In this document: piece by piece, positions 37,609-46,697 of the stretch
Layout: every line of letters begins with the position of its first letter
Position numbering within the stretch: position 1 is the stretch's first letter
NCBI GenBank assembly: GCA_964472085.1
Contig: CAYYIW010000012.1
Span: 29,753 to 93,752 of the forward strand
From: an uncultured Rikenellaceae bacterium
GTDB lineage: Bacteria; Bacteroidota; Bacteroidia; Bacteroidales; VadinHA17
DNA length: 64,000 bases
Reading direction: 5' to 3'
Position numbers and translations under genes: made by a program
Notes under the pieces: model-generated
The model's input: only the letters and a program-made list of their open reading frames with translations
The model's database searches: none
Told to the model about the DNA's origin: nothing

Positions 37609-40200
37609 CTAATGTTTCTCAAATACAAGCCTGTCTCCTTCTGTATCTACCAAAATATTGTCCTCTTTGGATACGCTGCCGCCTATTATCTCCCTGGATA
37701 ATTCATTAACCACCTCTTTCTGAATAAGGCGTTTAACAGGACGAGCGCCAAGCTGGGGATCATAACCGCGGTTAGTGAGCCAGTCTACAGCTTTATCAGA
37801 AACAGTAAGAGTTAGGTTATAGTCATGCAGCATAACCTCAATTCCTCTGAGCTGCATCAATACTATCTCCCTTACCTGGTTCCATGACAGCGGCGTGAAC
37901 ATGACTATTTCATCAACCCTGTTAAGGAATTCGGGTCTCAATGATCTCCGTAGTAGCAGCATTATTTCTTTTCTGAGGCTTTCTTCCTCATCCTGTGGCA
38001 TTTCATCATTCCATTTTTCCATCCTGTCCCGTATGATCTCGGAGCCCAGGTTTGAGGTCATGATAATTATTACATTACGGAAGTTAATTGTTCGTCCTTT
38101 ATTATCTGTCAGTCGTCCCTCATCAAGCACCTGCAGAAGAAGGTTAAACACATCGGGATGTGCCTTCTCAATCTCATCAAGCAGTACAACGGAATAGGGT
38201 TTATGTCTTACTGCTTCTGTAAGCTGACCGCCCTCATCATAACCGACATACCCGGGAGGAGCGCCTATCAGTCTTGATACAGAGTGTCTCTCCTGGTATT
38301 CAGACATATCTATCCTTGTCATAAGGTTTTCATCATTAAAAAGAAACTCTGCCAGTGCTCTGGCAAGTTCAGTTTTACCCACACCGGTTGTTCCCAGGAA
38401 GATAAATGATCCTACGGGTCTCTTCTGATCCTGCAGTCCGGCTCTTGATCTTCTTACAGCATCCGATACCGCAACAATGGCCTCATCCTGGCCGACCACT
38501 CTTTTATGCAACTCATCCTCAAGCCGTAAAAGCTTTTCCTTTTCACTCTCAAGCATCCTTGAGACGGGAATTCCCGTCCATTTGGACACTACAGCAGCAA
38601 CATCCTCCGATCGCACTTCTTCCTGTATCAGAGAGCCTTTGCTTCTCTTCTTTTCTATACTGTCCTTAAGTTCTGCTATTTCCTTTTCCAGGTCAACTAT
38701 CCTTCCATATCGGATCTCGGCAACCTTTCCGTAATCGCCGCTTCTCTCGGCCTGCTCCGCTTCAAAACGAAGAGATTCAACTTCTTCCTTCCTGGTCTGA
38801 ACTTTCTCTATTATTTCTTTTTCAGATTTCCAGTCTGCTTTGAGAGCATCTCTTTTAGCCTGCATGTCTGCCAGTTCCCTCGATATCTTATCCGATTTAA
38901 TAGTATCACCATCCCTTCTTACAGCCTCCTTTTCTATCTCCAACCTGGCTATTGTACGCTCAGCCTCATCGATCTCTTCCGGTACAGAATTCATTTCAAG
39001 CCGCAGTTTCGAAGCTGCCTCATCAATAAGGTCAATAGCCTTATCCGGAAGGAACCTGTCAGTAATATACCTGGTAGACAGGTCAACAGCGGCTATTATT
39101 GCTTCATCCCTGATAATAACCTTATGATGGGTTTCATATTTCTCCCTGATGCCACGTAGGATAGAGATAGAATCGGCCCTGTCGGGTTCATCTACCATAA
39201 CTACCTGGAAACGTCTCTCAAGTGCTTTGTCCTTCTCAAAATACTTCTGGTACTCACCCAGGGTGGTTGCACCTATGGCACGCAGATCGCCCCTTGCAAG
39301 GGCCGGTTTAAGAATATTTGCCGCGTCCATTGCCCCTTCAGATTTCCCGGCACCCACCAGGGTATGTATCTCATCGATAAAGAGAACAATATTCCCATCC
39401 GAACTTATAACCTCGTTTACTACCGATTTAAGCCGCTCCTCGAATTCCCCCTTGTACTTGGCACCGGCTATTAGGGCTCCCATATCGAGTGAAAAAATCA
39501 CCCTTGATTTAATATCTTCCGGGACATCCCCGCGTATGATCCTGTGTGCAAGGCCTTCTGCAATTGCGGTCTTACCAACTCCCGGTTCACCAATAAGCAA
39601 TGGGTTATTTTTGGTTCTTCGTGTAAGTATCTGGAGAATACGCCTTATTTCTTCATCCCTGCCTATTACCGGATCCAGTTTACCTGATCTCGCCCTTTCA
39701 TTAAGATTGATGGCAAACCTGTTAAGTGAATTGAATGTGTCCTCTGAAGTCTGGCTCTCCACTGTTGCTCCTTTTCTCAGCTCAGCAACCGCAGCTTTAA
39801 GCTCCTTCATGGTAACTCCGTTGTCTTTGAGTATCTGGGAAGACCTGTCAGAAGTATCGAGAATACCCATCAACAGGTGTTCTGTCGACACAAATTTATC
39901 CTTCATCCTTGAAGCATGGTCGTTTGCTTTCCTGAATGCATCGGAGACATTTTTGGAAATATAAGCATCGCCACCGGAAACCTTGGGAAATGTATCAATA
40001 AGATTGTCAATCTCTTTTTCAAGATTAGCGACGCTTACCCCCATCTTACCAAAAATAAAACCTGTTATGCTTTCAGCCTGACTGATCAGGCCTTTTAAAA
40101 TATGAGCACACTCCACAGACTGCTGTCCTTTTGATGATGCGATATCAAAAGCCTGCTGCACTGATTCCTGTGCCTTAATTGTAAAATTGTCAATATTCAT
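37609..40200 (-). CDS. clpB: ATP-dependent chaperone/disaggregase ClpB
   Basis: Two AAA+ modules (GEPGVGKTAI, GTTGVGKTEL) separated by a long coiled-coil M-domain. I place the start at the ATG at 40200 (MNIDNFTIKAQES, 863 aa). The track ORF adds 22 codons from a GTG at 40266. Confidence 0.95.
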   Translation of the reverse strand: MNIDNFTIKAQESVQQAFDIASSKGQQSVECAHILKGLISQAESITGFIFGKMGVSVANLEKEIDNLIDTFPKVSGGDAYISKNVSDAFRKANDHASRMKDKFVSTEHLLMGILDTSDRSSQILKDNGVTMKELKAAVAELRKGATVESQTSEDTFNSLNRFAINLNERARSGKLDPVIGRDEEIRRILQILTRRTKNNPLLIGEPGVGKTAIAEGLAHRIIRGDVPEDIKSRVIFSLDMGALIAGAKYKGEFEERLKSVVNEVISSDGNIVLFIDEIHTLVGAGKSEGAMDAANILKPALARGDLRAIGATTLGEYQKYFEKDKALERRFQVVMVDEPDRADSISILRGIREKYETHHKVIIRDEAIIAAVDLSTRYITDRFLPDKAIDLIDEAASKLRLEMNSVPEEIDEAERTIARLEIEKEAVRRDGDTIKSDKISRELADMQAKRDALKADWKSEKEIIEKVQTRKEEVESLRFEAEQAERSGDYGKVAEIRYGRIVDLEKEIAELKDSIEKKRSKGSLIQEEVRSEDVAAVVSKWTGIPVSRMLESEKEKLLRLEDELHKRVVGQDEAIVAVSDAVRRSRAGLQDQKRPVGSFIFLGTTGVGKTELARALAEFLFNDENLMTRIDMSEYQERHSVSRLIGAPPGYVGYDEGGQLTEAVRHKPYSVVLLDEIEKAHPDVFNLLLQVLDEGRLTDNKGRTINFRNVIIIMTSNLGSEIIRDRMEKWNDEMPQDEEESLRKEIMLLLRRSLRPEFLNRVDEIVMFTPLSWNQVREIVLMQLRGIEVMLHDYNLTLTVSDKAVDWLTNRGYDPQLGARPVKRLIQKEVVNELSREIIGGSVSKEDNILVDTEGDRLVFEKH

Positions 40201-40472
40201 AATGTTTAATTTTTCATCATACTTAACAAAACTTCTGCCAAACAGGAAAGCGTGTCTTTTTGACACTCAGGGACATCCGCAACATGTCAAACTGGCAAGA
40301 CATTCAGGATTAGACTCTCTGAACGAATGATAATACAATCTCAAAAAATAAGATCCGCTAACCACAGGGTCCGCCCGAATAATGTTCAGTCTTGCGGGCT
40401 TTGCGTTTTCTTAGCGTACCTTGCGGTTAAAAACAACTTCTGGAACAGCCTCAATGATTACCAGATTAGAAG

Positions 40473-40480
40473 TATATTTG
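40473..40480 (+). promoter_or_regulatory. Bacteroidota -7 box (TAnnTTTG) upstream of the flavin reductase gene
   Basis: TATATTTG, 19 nt upstream of the ATG at 40499. It lies inside the longer track ORF and argues for the shorter start. Confidence 0.4.
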
Positions 40481-40498
40481 GTGTCAAAAAAGTATCTG

Positions 40499-41080
40499 AT
40501 GAGCAGAATTCAATGGAAACCAGGGACAATGATCTACCCGCTGCCCGCTGTGATGGTAAGCTGTGGTGCCGATCCTGAAGAATACAATATAATAACCTTG
40601 TCGTGGACGGGAACTGTATGTACTGATCCTGCAATGTGTTATATATCGGTAAGACCTTCACGTCATTCCTACGGTATTATCAGGAAATACGGTGAATATG
40701 TGATAAACCTTACAACAAAGGACCTGGCATATGCAACAGACTGGTGCGGGGTAAAATCAGGGAAAATGGTTAATAAGTTCAGGGAAACCGGGCTGACCCC
40801 AATACCGGCGACAAAAGTAAAAGCCCCGATGATAGCAGAGTCGCCGGTTAACATTGAGTGTGTGGTAAAGGAGATAAAGGAACTCGGAACGCATCATATG
40901 TTCTTATCCGAAGTAGTGGCAATAAACGCTGATGAAAAATATATTGACCCTGAAAGCGGGTTGTTCAGGCTGCAAGACTCTGTTCCAATATGTTATTCAC
41001 ACGGGAAATACTATGAGACTGGCAGGTTTATTGGAAAGTTCGGGTATTCCGTAGAAAAGAAAAGAAAGAAAAGAAAGTGA
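40499..41080 (+). CDS. flavin reductase family protein (FMN-binding split barrel)
   Basis: 193 aa counted from MSRIQWKPGTMIYPLPAVMVSCG. Flavin_Reduct-like blocks NIITLSWTG and INLTTKDL. The C-terminal tail is lysine-rich. Confidence 0.75.
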   Translation: MSRIQWKPGTMIYPLPAVMVSCGADPEEYNIITLSWTGTVCTDPAMCYISVRPSRHSYGIIRKYGEYVINLTTKDLAYATDWCGVKSGKMVNKFRETGLTPIPATKVKAPMIAESPVNIECVVKEIKELGTHHMFLSEVVAINADEKYIDPESGLFRLQDSVPICYSHGKYYETGRFIGKFGYSVEKKRKKRK

Positions 41081-41245
41081 CACTATATCATCATCGGGTA
41101 ATCCAGATTGTGCAGTAACAGAGTCTTATAAGAGAGACCATTTAAGTATTATCCGGTACCTGCGTACTTATATCATTTATTAGGAATATTAGAACCTAAT
41201 TATTATTTTCATAACTTAAAAGTCTGATAAAAAACCTGGCCGGAT

Positions 41246-44200
41246 ATGAGTGAGAAAATCCTGGAAACCCTGATGCAATTGTTTGCAATAATTGCCAGAC
41301 CTCAGAGTGATGATAGTGAAAGACGGGGAATTGTTGAGGCTTTTCTCAAAAGACTTCTTAATCAGGAACTTGTTAAAGCATACCTGGCAACATACGACAG
41401 GGCATACGAAGAAGCCAGGAAGAAGCTGGAAAAGAGCAGCGCTGAAAGGCGGGAAGGTGCCATCGCAATCAGGATTAGAAAATTATGCCAGGATATAAAC
41501 GAACAGGGACAGCTTGACCAGGAACAAAGATTCGTGGTCGTTATACAGGCCCTTGAATTCTGCAAATCAGGGGACCAGGGAATAAGTAACCTTGAACTGG
41601 GATTCATAAGTACGCTGGCCGAAGGTTTAAATATAACAGTCACAGAATATGATGAGATTGAACGTTTTGTCCTTAACTCTTTCAACGATATCCCTTCAAT
41701 TTCCAACCTCCTGGTCATAAATGGCAAAAAAGACTTTAAAACGGAAGGTGCCAGGCATCTTTTCAAAGATCTTCTGAAAGGGCAGATATGGGTCCTTTTT
41801 GTATCCTCCATAGACAAATATTTCCTCAGGTATGAAGGGGCAGGTGAATTGTCTATGAATGGCCAGTTATTGCACGAGGATAAAGTATATCCACTGAGCC
41901 AGGGAACATCCATTAAAGGCTATAAGATCTCCCCGATTTATCACTGGGATATATCGATGCAGTTTCTTGGTGAAGAATATAAGGCATCGAGGGTTGTTTA
42001 CGAGGTAAACAATGTGGAATACAGGTTCAGGAGCGGCAATATAGGCATACACCATATGAGTTTTAAGGAAGAATCGGGAAGGATGGTAGGTATTATGGGA
42101 GCCAGCGGTGCCGGCAAATCGACTCTGCTGGGTGTGCTTAACGGGACCAATGAACCTTCTGACGGAGAAGTCCTGATAAATGGCATAAGCATACACATGG
42201 AGAAGGAAAAGCTCAAGGGATTGATAGGCTATGTTTCACAGGATGATCTTCTTATTGAAGAGCTTACTGTCTTTCAGAACCTCTATTTTAATGCCAGGCT
42301 CTGCTTCGACAACCTGGATGAGGAAGAGATAGTGGCAAAGGTAGACAGTGTACTGAAGAATCTTGGATTATACGAGATAAGGGATATACAGGTAGGTTCC
42401 CCTCTTAACAAAAAGATTAGCGGAGGACAGAGAAAGAGGCTGAACATATCGCTTGAACTTATTCGTGAACCGGCTATAATGTTCCTTGATGAACCTACTT
42501 CCGGTCTTTCTTCAAGAGATTCAGAAAACATCCTTGACCTCCTAAAGGAACTTGCCCGCAAAGGCAAGCTTCTGTTTGTTGTCATTCATCAGCCATCGTC
42601 CGACATCTTCAAGATGTTTGACAAGCTTATCATCCTTGATAAGGGAGGATACCTGATTTACAACGGGAATCCTGTCGATTCCATAGAGTATTTTAAAAGA
42701 AAGATTGAGCAGGCCAACTACAACGAGAGTGAATGTTATGTATGCGGTAATGTTAACCCGGAGCAGATATTCAACATTGTTGAAACAAAGGTATTCACCG
42801 AAAGCGGAAAGCCTACAGAGACACGAAGGATTTCGCCGGCAGACTGGCGCAACCTGTACCTGTCTGAATCGAAAGAAGACAAAAGAGAACCAGGCGTAGC
42901 TATACCGGAAATAAATTTCAAAACGCCGAATAAGCTGAAGCAGCTCATTGTCTTTGCAAAAAGAGACATACTTACCAAGATATCTGACAAACAATATCTG
43001 CTCATTACGTTGCTCGAAGCTCCGGTTCTTGCATTCTTTCTTTCATTCCTTATAAGATATTATGATGAGAGTGTAAAAAACGCTCATTACACCTTATATA
43101 ATAACAGTAATCTTCCTGTTTACATCTTCATGTCAGTAATAGTGGCAATTTTCATGGGTCTGACCGTAAGTGCTGAAGAGATAATAAAAGACAGGAAAAT
43201 ACTTAAGAGGGAATCGTTCCTCAACCTAAGCTGGAACAGTTATTTGATGTCAAAGGTTTTTGTTCAATTCGCCATTTCTGCGATCCAGGCTTTTACCTTC
43301 GTACTTGTAGGCAATGGCATAACAGAAATAAAAGGAATGATGTTCCAGTACTGGCTTGTGCTCTTCAGCTGCTGGGCCAGTGCCAATATGCTTGGTCTGG
43401 TAATATCCGACAGCTTCAAGACTGTTGTAACGATATATATCCTTATACCTTTCCTTGTAATCCCCCAGATAATCCTCAGCGGTGTGATCGTCAAGTTTGA
43501 GAAGCTGAATCCCAGGATATCCTCTCCTGTCGCCATCCCTTTTTATGGAGATCTGATAACAGCCAGATGGGGATATGAAGCACTTGCAGTGGAACAATTC
43601 ATTGATAACAGGTATGAAATAATGTTCTACCCGTATGACAAGGCAATGAGCAAGGCAAGATTTAAGAAGGATTTCTGGAATGTTGAAATAAGGGGAAACC
43701 TCGAAAACATCCAGAACGATCTTGAACGAGGTACCAGAAGTGATGACTTTAACGAGAAGCTTCTTATTGTCCATAATGAACTTAAAAAGCAAAATATTGC
43801 CACACCTAAAATGACATTTGATTATGTGGAACAGTTGACACCGGATAAGATAACAACCGGTGTAGTGGAAGACGCTATCAAATATGTTGATAAGGTAAGA
43901 AGGTATTATGTTGCATATTATAACAATGCCAAAGACCGTAAGGATGCCATAATAACCAGACTCCAGGCTGAGGATAGCAAGGGTTTCCTCAAATTAAGGG
44001 ATGACTACGCAAATGAGTCGCTTGAAGAGTTTGTAACGAACAAGAATGAATCCATAAAGACTATCGATTACAAGGGAGAAATAATACAAAAACTGGAACC
44101 TATTTATATGGATCCCCAGTTCAGTTTCATCAGGGCACAGTTTTACTCACCTACAAAAAAGATCTTTGGAAATTATATTGATACATATGTTATAAATGTA

Positions 44201-44317
44201 ACTGTAATATGGTTTATGACTCTTGTCCTGTATTTCATCCTGTATTTCAGGTTACTCAAGAAAGCTCTAGAGTCGGGAGAAAGATACCTGGGCAAAAAAC
44301 GCAGGGTCCAGGACTGA
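41246..44317 (+). CDS. ABCG-type (ATPase then ABC-2 permease) fused transporter with a long N-terminal extension
   Basis: 1023 aa. Walker A GASGAGKST, signature ISGGQRKRL and Walker B MFLDEPTSGL lie at about aa 285-420. Five TM helices (about aa 583-748) are followed by a roughly 230-aa loop and a last TM (VTVIWFMTLVLYFILYF). About 270 aa precede the ATPase. Confidence 0.85.
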   Translation: MSEKILETLMQLFAIIARPQSDDSERRGIVEAFLKRLLNQELVKAYLATYDRAYEEARKKLEKSSAERREGAIAIRIRKLCQDINEQGQLDQEQRFVVVIQALEFCKSGDQGISNLELGFISTLAEGLNITVTEYDEIERFVLNSFNDIPSISNLLVINGKKDFKTEGARHLFKDLLKGQIWVLFVSSIDKYFLRYEGAGELSMNGQLLHEDKVYPLSQGTSIKGYKISPIYHWDISMQFLGEEYKASRVVYEVNNVEYRFRSGNIGIHHMSFKEESGRMVGIMGASGAGKSTLLGVLNGTNEPSDGEVLINGISIHMEKEKLKGLIGYVSQDDLLIEELTVFQNLYFNARLCFDNLDEEEIVAKVDSVLKNLGLYEIRDIQVGSPLNKKISGGQRKRLNISLELIREPAIMFLDEPTSGLSSRDSENILDLLKELARKGKLLFVVIHQPSSDIFKMFDKLIILDKGGYLIYNGNPVDSIEYFKRKIEQANYNESECYVCGNVNPEQIFNIVETKVFTESGKPTETRRISPADWRNLYLSESKEDKREPGVAIPEINFKTPNKLKQLIVFAKRDILTKISDKQYLLITLLEAPVLAFFLSFLIRYYDESVKNAHYTLYNNSNLPVYIFMSVIVAIFMGLTVSAEEIIKDRKILKRESFLNLSWNSYLMSKVFVQFAISAIQAFTFVLVGNGITEIKGMMFQYWLVLFSCWASANMLGLVISDSFKTVVTIYILIPFLVIPQIILSGVIVKFEKLNPRISSPVAIPFYGDLITARWGYEALAVEQFIDNRYEIMFYPYDKAMSKARFKKDFWNVEIRGNLENIQNDLERGTRSDDFNEKLLIVHNELKKQNIATPKMTFDYVEQLTPDKITTGVVEDAIKYVDKVRRYYVAYYNNAKDRKDAIITRLQAEDSKGFLKLRDDYANESLEEFVTNKNESIKTIDYKGEIIQKLEPIYMDPQFSFIRAQFYSPTKKIFGNYIDTYVINVTVIWFMTLVLYFILYFRLLKKALESGERYLGKKRRVQD

Positions 44318-44335
44318 TATATAACCACAAAAAAG

Positions 44336-44375
44336 AAAAGAGGCTGCCCCGGGAGACAGCCTCTTTTTATTTTTA
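44336..44375. terminator. bidirectional rho-independent terminator between the convergent ABC transporter and SiaC-like genes
   Basis: An 11-bp perfect stem (AAAAGAGGCTG at 44336-46 pairing with CAGCCTCTTTT at 44357-67) and a 10-nt loop. T-runs follow on both strands. Confidence 0.8.
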
Positions 44376-44413
44376 AATAATCAATCTGATAAACAATGAA
44401 GTGTTCAGACAGA

Positions 44414-44794
44414 TCATTCCTCTATTTCAACCATTTTAAACGGAACCCGGATTATGGATTCATAATCTTCTCCCGCTTCCAGCATATCTTCATCATCTTC
44501 TTCATAATACCAGTTCACCTCCACCTCGTTTTTAGCCTTGTGTATGGCCTCCAGTTTTTTGAAGACATCAAGTATACATTTGGATGAACTTGTATTGAAA
44601 TATTCGAGTCGTATGTTAACAACAGTTTTTGGTAACGGAGCGTCTTTATATGTATCAAGCCAGTCTACCAGCGGCTTATAAAATTCCACAGAATTTTCCG
44701 GAATAGAACGGCCCTTAATTTCAAACACACCATCACCAGCATCAAATCTAACAGTCGGAGTCTTCGGTGTTCCTTCAATAATGATCGGTTCCAT
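44414..44794 (-). CDS. DUF1987 / SiaC-family protein
   Basis: 126 aa. N-terminus IIEGTPKTPTVRFDAGDGVFEIKGRSIPEN, EFYKPLVDWL and the EYFNTSSSK segment match the DUF1987 pattern. The C-terminus is acidic. Confidence 0.75.
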   Translation of the reverse strand: MEPIIIEGTPKTPTVRFDAGDGVFEIKGRSIPENSVEFYKPLVDWLDTYKDAPLPKTVVNIRLEYFNTSSSKCILDVFKKLEAIHKAKNEVEVNWYYEEDDEDMLEAGEDYESIIRVPFKMVEIEE

Positions 44795-44815
44795 ATTTAT
44801 CAGATTTAAATTGAA

Positions 44816-45373
44816 TTATACCTCTTCAGTTACTAAAATATTGAGGTAGAAGAATGAGTATTTCTCATTATACTTCTTGAACTCATAAACAAGCTTATTC
44901 CCGGTCTTTCTTACAATGTCTACCAGTCCAAGGCCTCCTCCTCCCTTTGCGGAAATTCTCTGATGGTTGAGGATGAACTTATACAATTCCTTTATCTCCT
45001 CATGACTTGACCTGTTAATACGCTTGATCTTCTCCTCCAGTTTCTCAATATTAGCTGTATTAATAAAGTTTCCGGTCGTGATTTTATACCCGCCATTTAC
45101 TTTCTTAACCACAAGCAAACCAAATTTTTCAGATGTCTGGTCCTCGAATTCATCAGGAACTCTGTCAACATGATGATAAAGGTTCTGAAGACTCTCAACA
45201 AGCACATTATATACCTTTTTCCGCAGCTTGGGTTGTTCACTGATGGATACCATTTTATCCTCAACCGTGTCAAGGATATGGTTGATTACATCCGAATCAA
45301 CATTACCCTTGTAAAAAAGAATAATATCCCTATCAGACAGATCCGAAAAATAATTCTCTACATTAAAGCTCAT
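44816..45373 (-). CDS. SiaB-family (GHKL/anti-sigma-kinase-like) protein kinase homologue
   Basis: 185 aa. Glycine-rich ATP-lid-like KGGGGLGLVDIVRKTG near the C-terminus. Lies immediately upstream of the DUF1987 gene (21-nt gap). Confidence 0.65.
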   Translation of the reverse strand: MSFNVENYFSDLSDRDIILFYKGNVDSDVINHILDTVEDKMVSISEQPKLRKKVYNVLVESLQNLYHHVDRVPDEFEDQTSEKFGLLVVKKVNGGYKITTGNFINTANIEKLEEKIKRINRSSHEEIKELYKFILNHQRISAKGGGGLGLVDIVRKTGNKLVYEFKKYNEKYSFFYLNILVTEEV

Positions 45374-45410
45374 CTAAGCTTAATTAAGAAATGGTAAAGT
45401 TTAATAGTAA

Positions 45411-45418
45411 CAAATATA
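45411..45418 (-). promoter_or_regulatory. Bacteroidota -7 box (TAnnTTTG) upstream of the SiaB-like gene
   Basis: The minus strand reads TATATTTG, 38 nt upstream of the start at 45373. Confidence 0.4.
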
Positions 45419-45524
45419 ATAAAAATATGAAGTTAGCAAATTTTAACATCTCCGCTTTTGGGAAATAAAAATATCGCGGCAGTTTTTGATCAAAGTGTTA
45501 TTATAAAGTGATCAATGAAGGATT

Positions 45525-46676
45525 TCAGGTGACGTCAGAAATATGTGATTTTCTGGATCCTTCATACAATTCATATTTAAGAAGAAGGCATTCAAGTGGG
45601 CCGTTGAACAGTGTGTACTTCTTTGCTGGTCTCAGTCCGATGTTTTTAAGTGATTCACGGTTGGAGGATATAAGCCATGCTGTATTACCATGAAACTTAT
45701 GTTTAAGAGTTGTCCCAATCATACTGTAAAGTTCATCTATTTCTTCCGGTTTGATCCGCTGCCCGTACGGAGGATTAAAGAAGACAAAACCTCCGGTCCC
45801 GGTAGTGCTCATATCCCTGAAATCAGAAACAGTGACCTTCACAACATCTGTTAATCCTGCGTTTAACAAATTAGACCGGGTCTGTTCAGCTGCGGCTGAT
45901 GAAATATCGTTAGCAATGATCTTCACCTGTGAATCAGTTATCTTTTTATCATTCTTTTCCTTAACCGATTCAAACAGGTCCCTGTCAAAATCTCTCCATT
46001 TTTCAAATCCATAGCTCTTCCTGAATTTTCCGGGAGGTATCTTGCAGGCTATCATACCGGCCTCAATAGGTATTGTTCCTGATCCGCACATTGGGTCTGT
46101 CAGCGTAGCGGATGCATCCCAGCGCGACAGCATAATAATACCTGCAGCCAGTGATTCATTAAGAGGTGCAACAGAGGCAGTCTTCCTGTATCCTCGTTTA
46201 AAGAGCGGAATTACTGAAGAATCGATGGATATGGTGACAAGGTCATTGCTAATATGCAGGTTGACAACCAATGATGGATCAGCTACATCAACTGATGGTC
46301 TCCTTCCCGTCCGTGTCCGGAAATAATCAGCTATTGCATCTTTCAGTATTAGCCCTGGATAACCTGTATGGCTGAACAGAGGTGAATTAACCACAGGGGT
46401 AACTGAAAATGTATCATCCGGATCCATTAACCTCCTCCAGTCCACCGTAAGTGAATGCCTGTACAGGTCGTCTTTTGATCGTATCCTGAATTCAGACACT
46501 GATAAAAGGACTGAGAGGGCAGTACGTGAACAGTAATTAACACTGTAAAGCAATTCCCTGTTACCGCTGAATAACACCGCCCTGTTACCCGGGCGTACAT
46601 CCCAGGCACCCAGGTTCACAAGTTCTTCAGCCAGAACTTTTTCAAGGCCGAAGAGTGTCTTTGCAATAAACTTCAT
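45525..46676 (-). CDS. THUMP-domain class I SAM-dependent RNA methyltransferase (RlmL/RlmK-like, COG0116 type)
   Basis: 383 aa. N-terminal THUMP-like region, SAM-binding DPMCGSGTIPIEA and catalytic FFNPPYG. Confidence 0.85.
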   Translation of the reverse strand: MKFIAKTLFGLEKVLAEELVNLGAWDVRPGNRAVLFSGNRELLYSVNYCSRTALSVLLSVSEFRIRSKDDLYRHSLTVDWRRLMDPDDTFSVTPVVNSPLFSHTGYPGLILKDAIADYFRTRTGRRPSVDVADPSLVVNLHISNDLVTISIDSSVIPLFKRGYRKTASVAPLNESLAAGIIMLSRWDASATLTDPMCGSGTIPIEAGMIACKIPPGKFRKSYGFEKWRDFDRDLFESVKEKNDKKITDSQVKIIANDISSAAAEQTRSNLLNAGLTDVVKVTVSDFRDMSTTGTGGFVFFNPPYGQRIKPEEIDELYSMIGTTLKHKFHGNTAWLISSNRESLKNIGLRPAKKYTLFNGPLECLLLKYELYEGSRKSHISDVT

Positions 46677-46697
46677 TCTGAAAAGAATAACACCATT

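Noticed and set aside
40201-40266. 22-codon N-terminal extension of clpB starting at a GTG (MSKRHAFLFGRSFVKYDEKLNI).
   Set aside because: ClpB proteins begin at the MN(I/L)..FT segment found at the ATG at 40200. The extension also coincides with the palindrome cluster, which is more plausibly a leader or operator.
40393-40436. Repeated CTTGCGG / CTTAGCG motifs (CTTGCGGGCTTTGCGTTTTCTTAGCGTACCTTGCGGTTAAAAAC) between clpB and the flavin reductase gene, preceded by a GCCCG-N19-CGGGC hairpin.
   Set aside because: The repeats are short and degenerate, there is no second copy in the window, and no upstream plus-strand gene exists for it to terminate. I could not assign a function or show non-randomness by eye.
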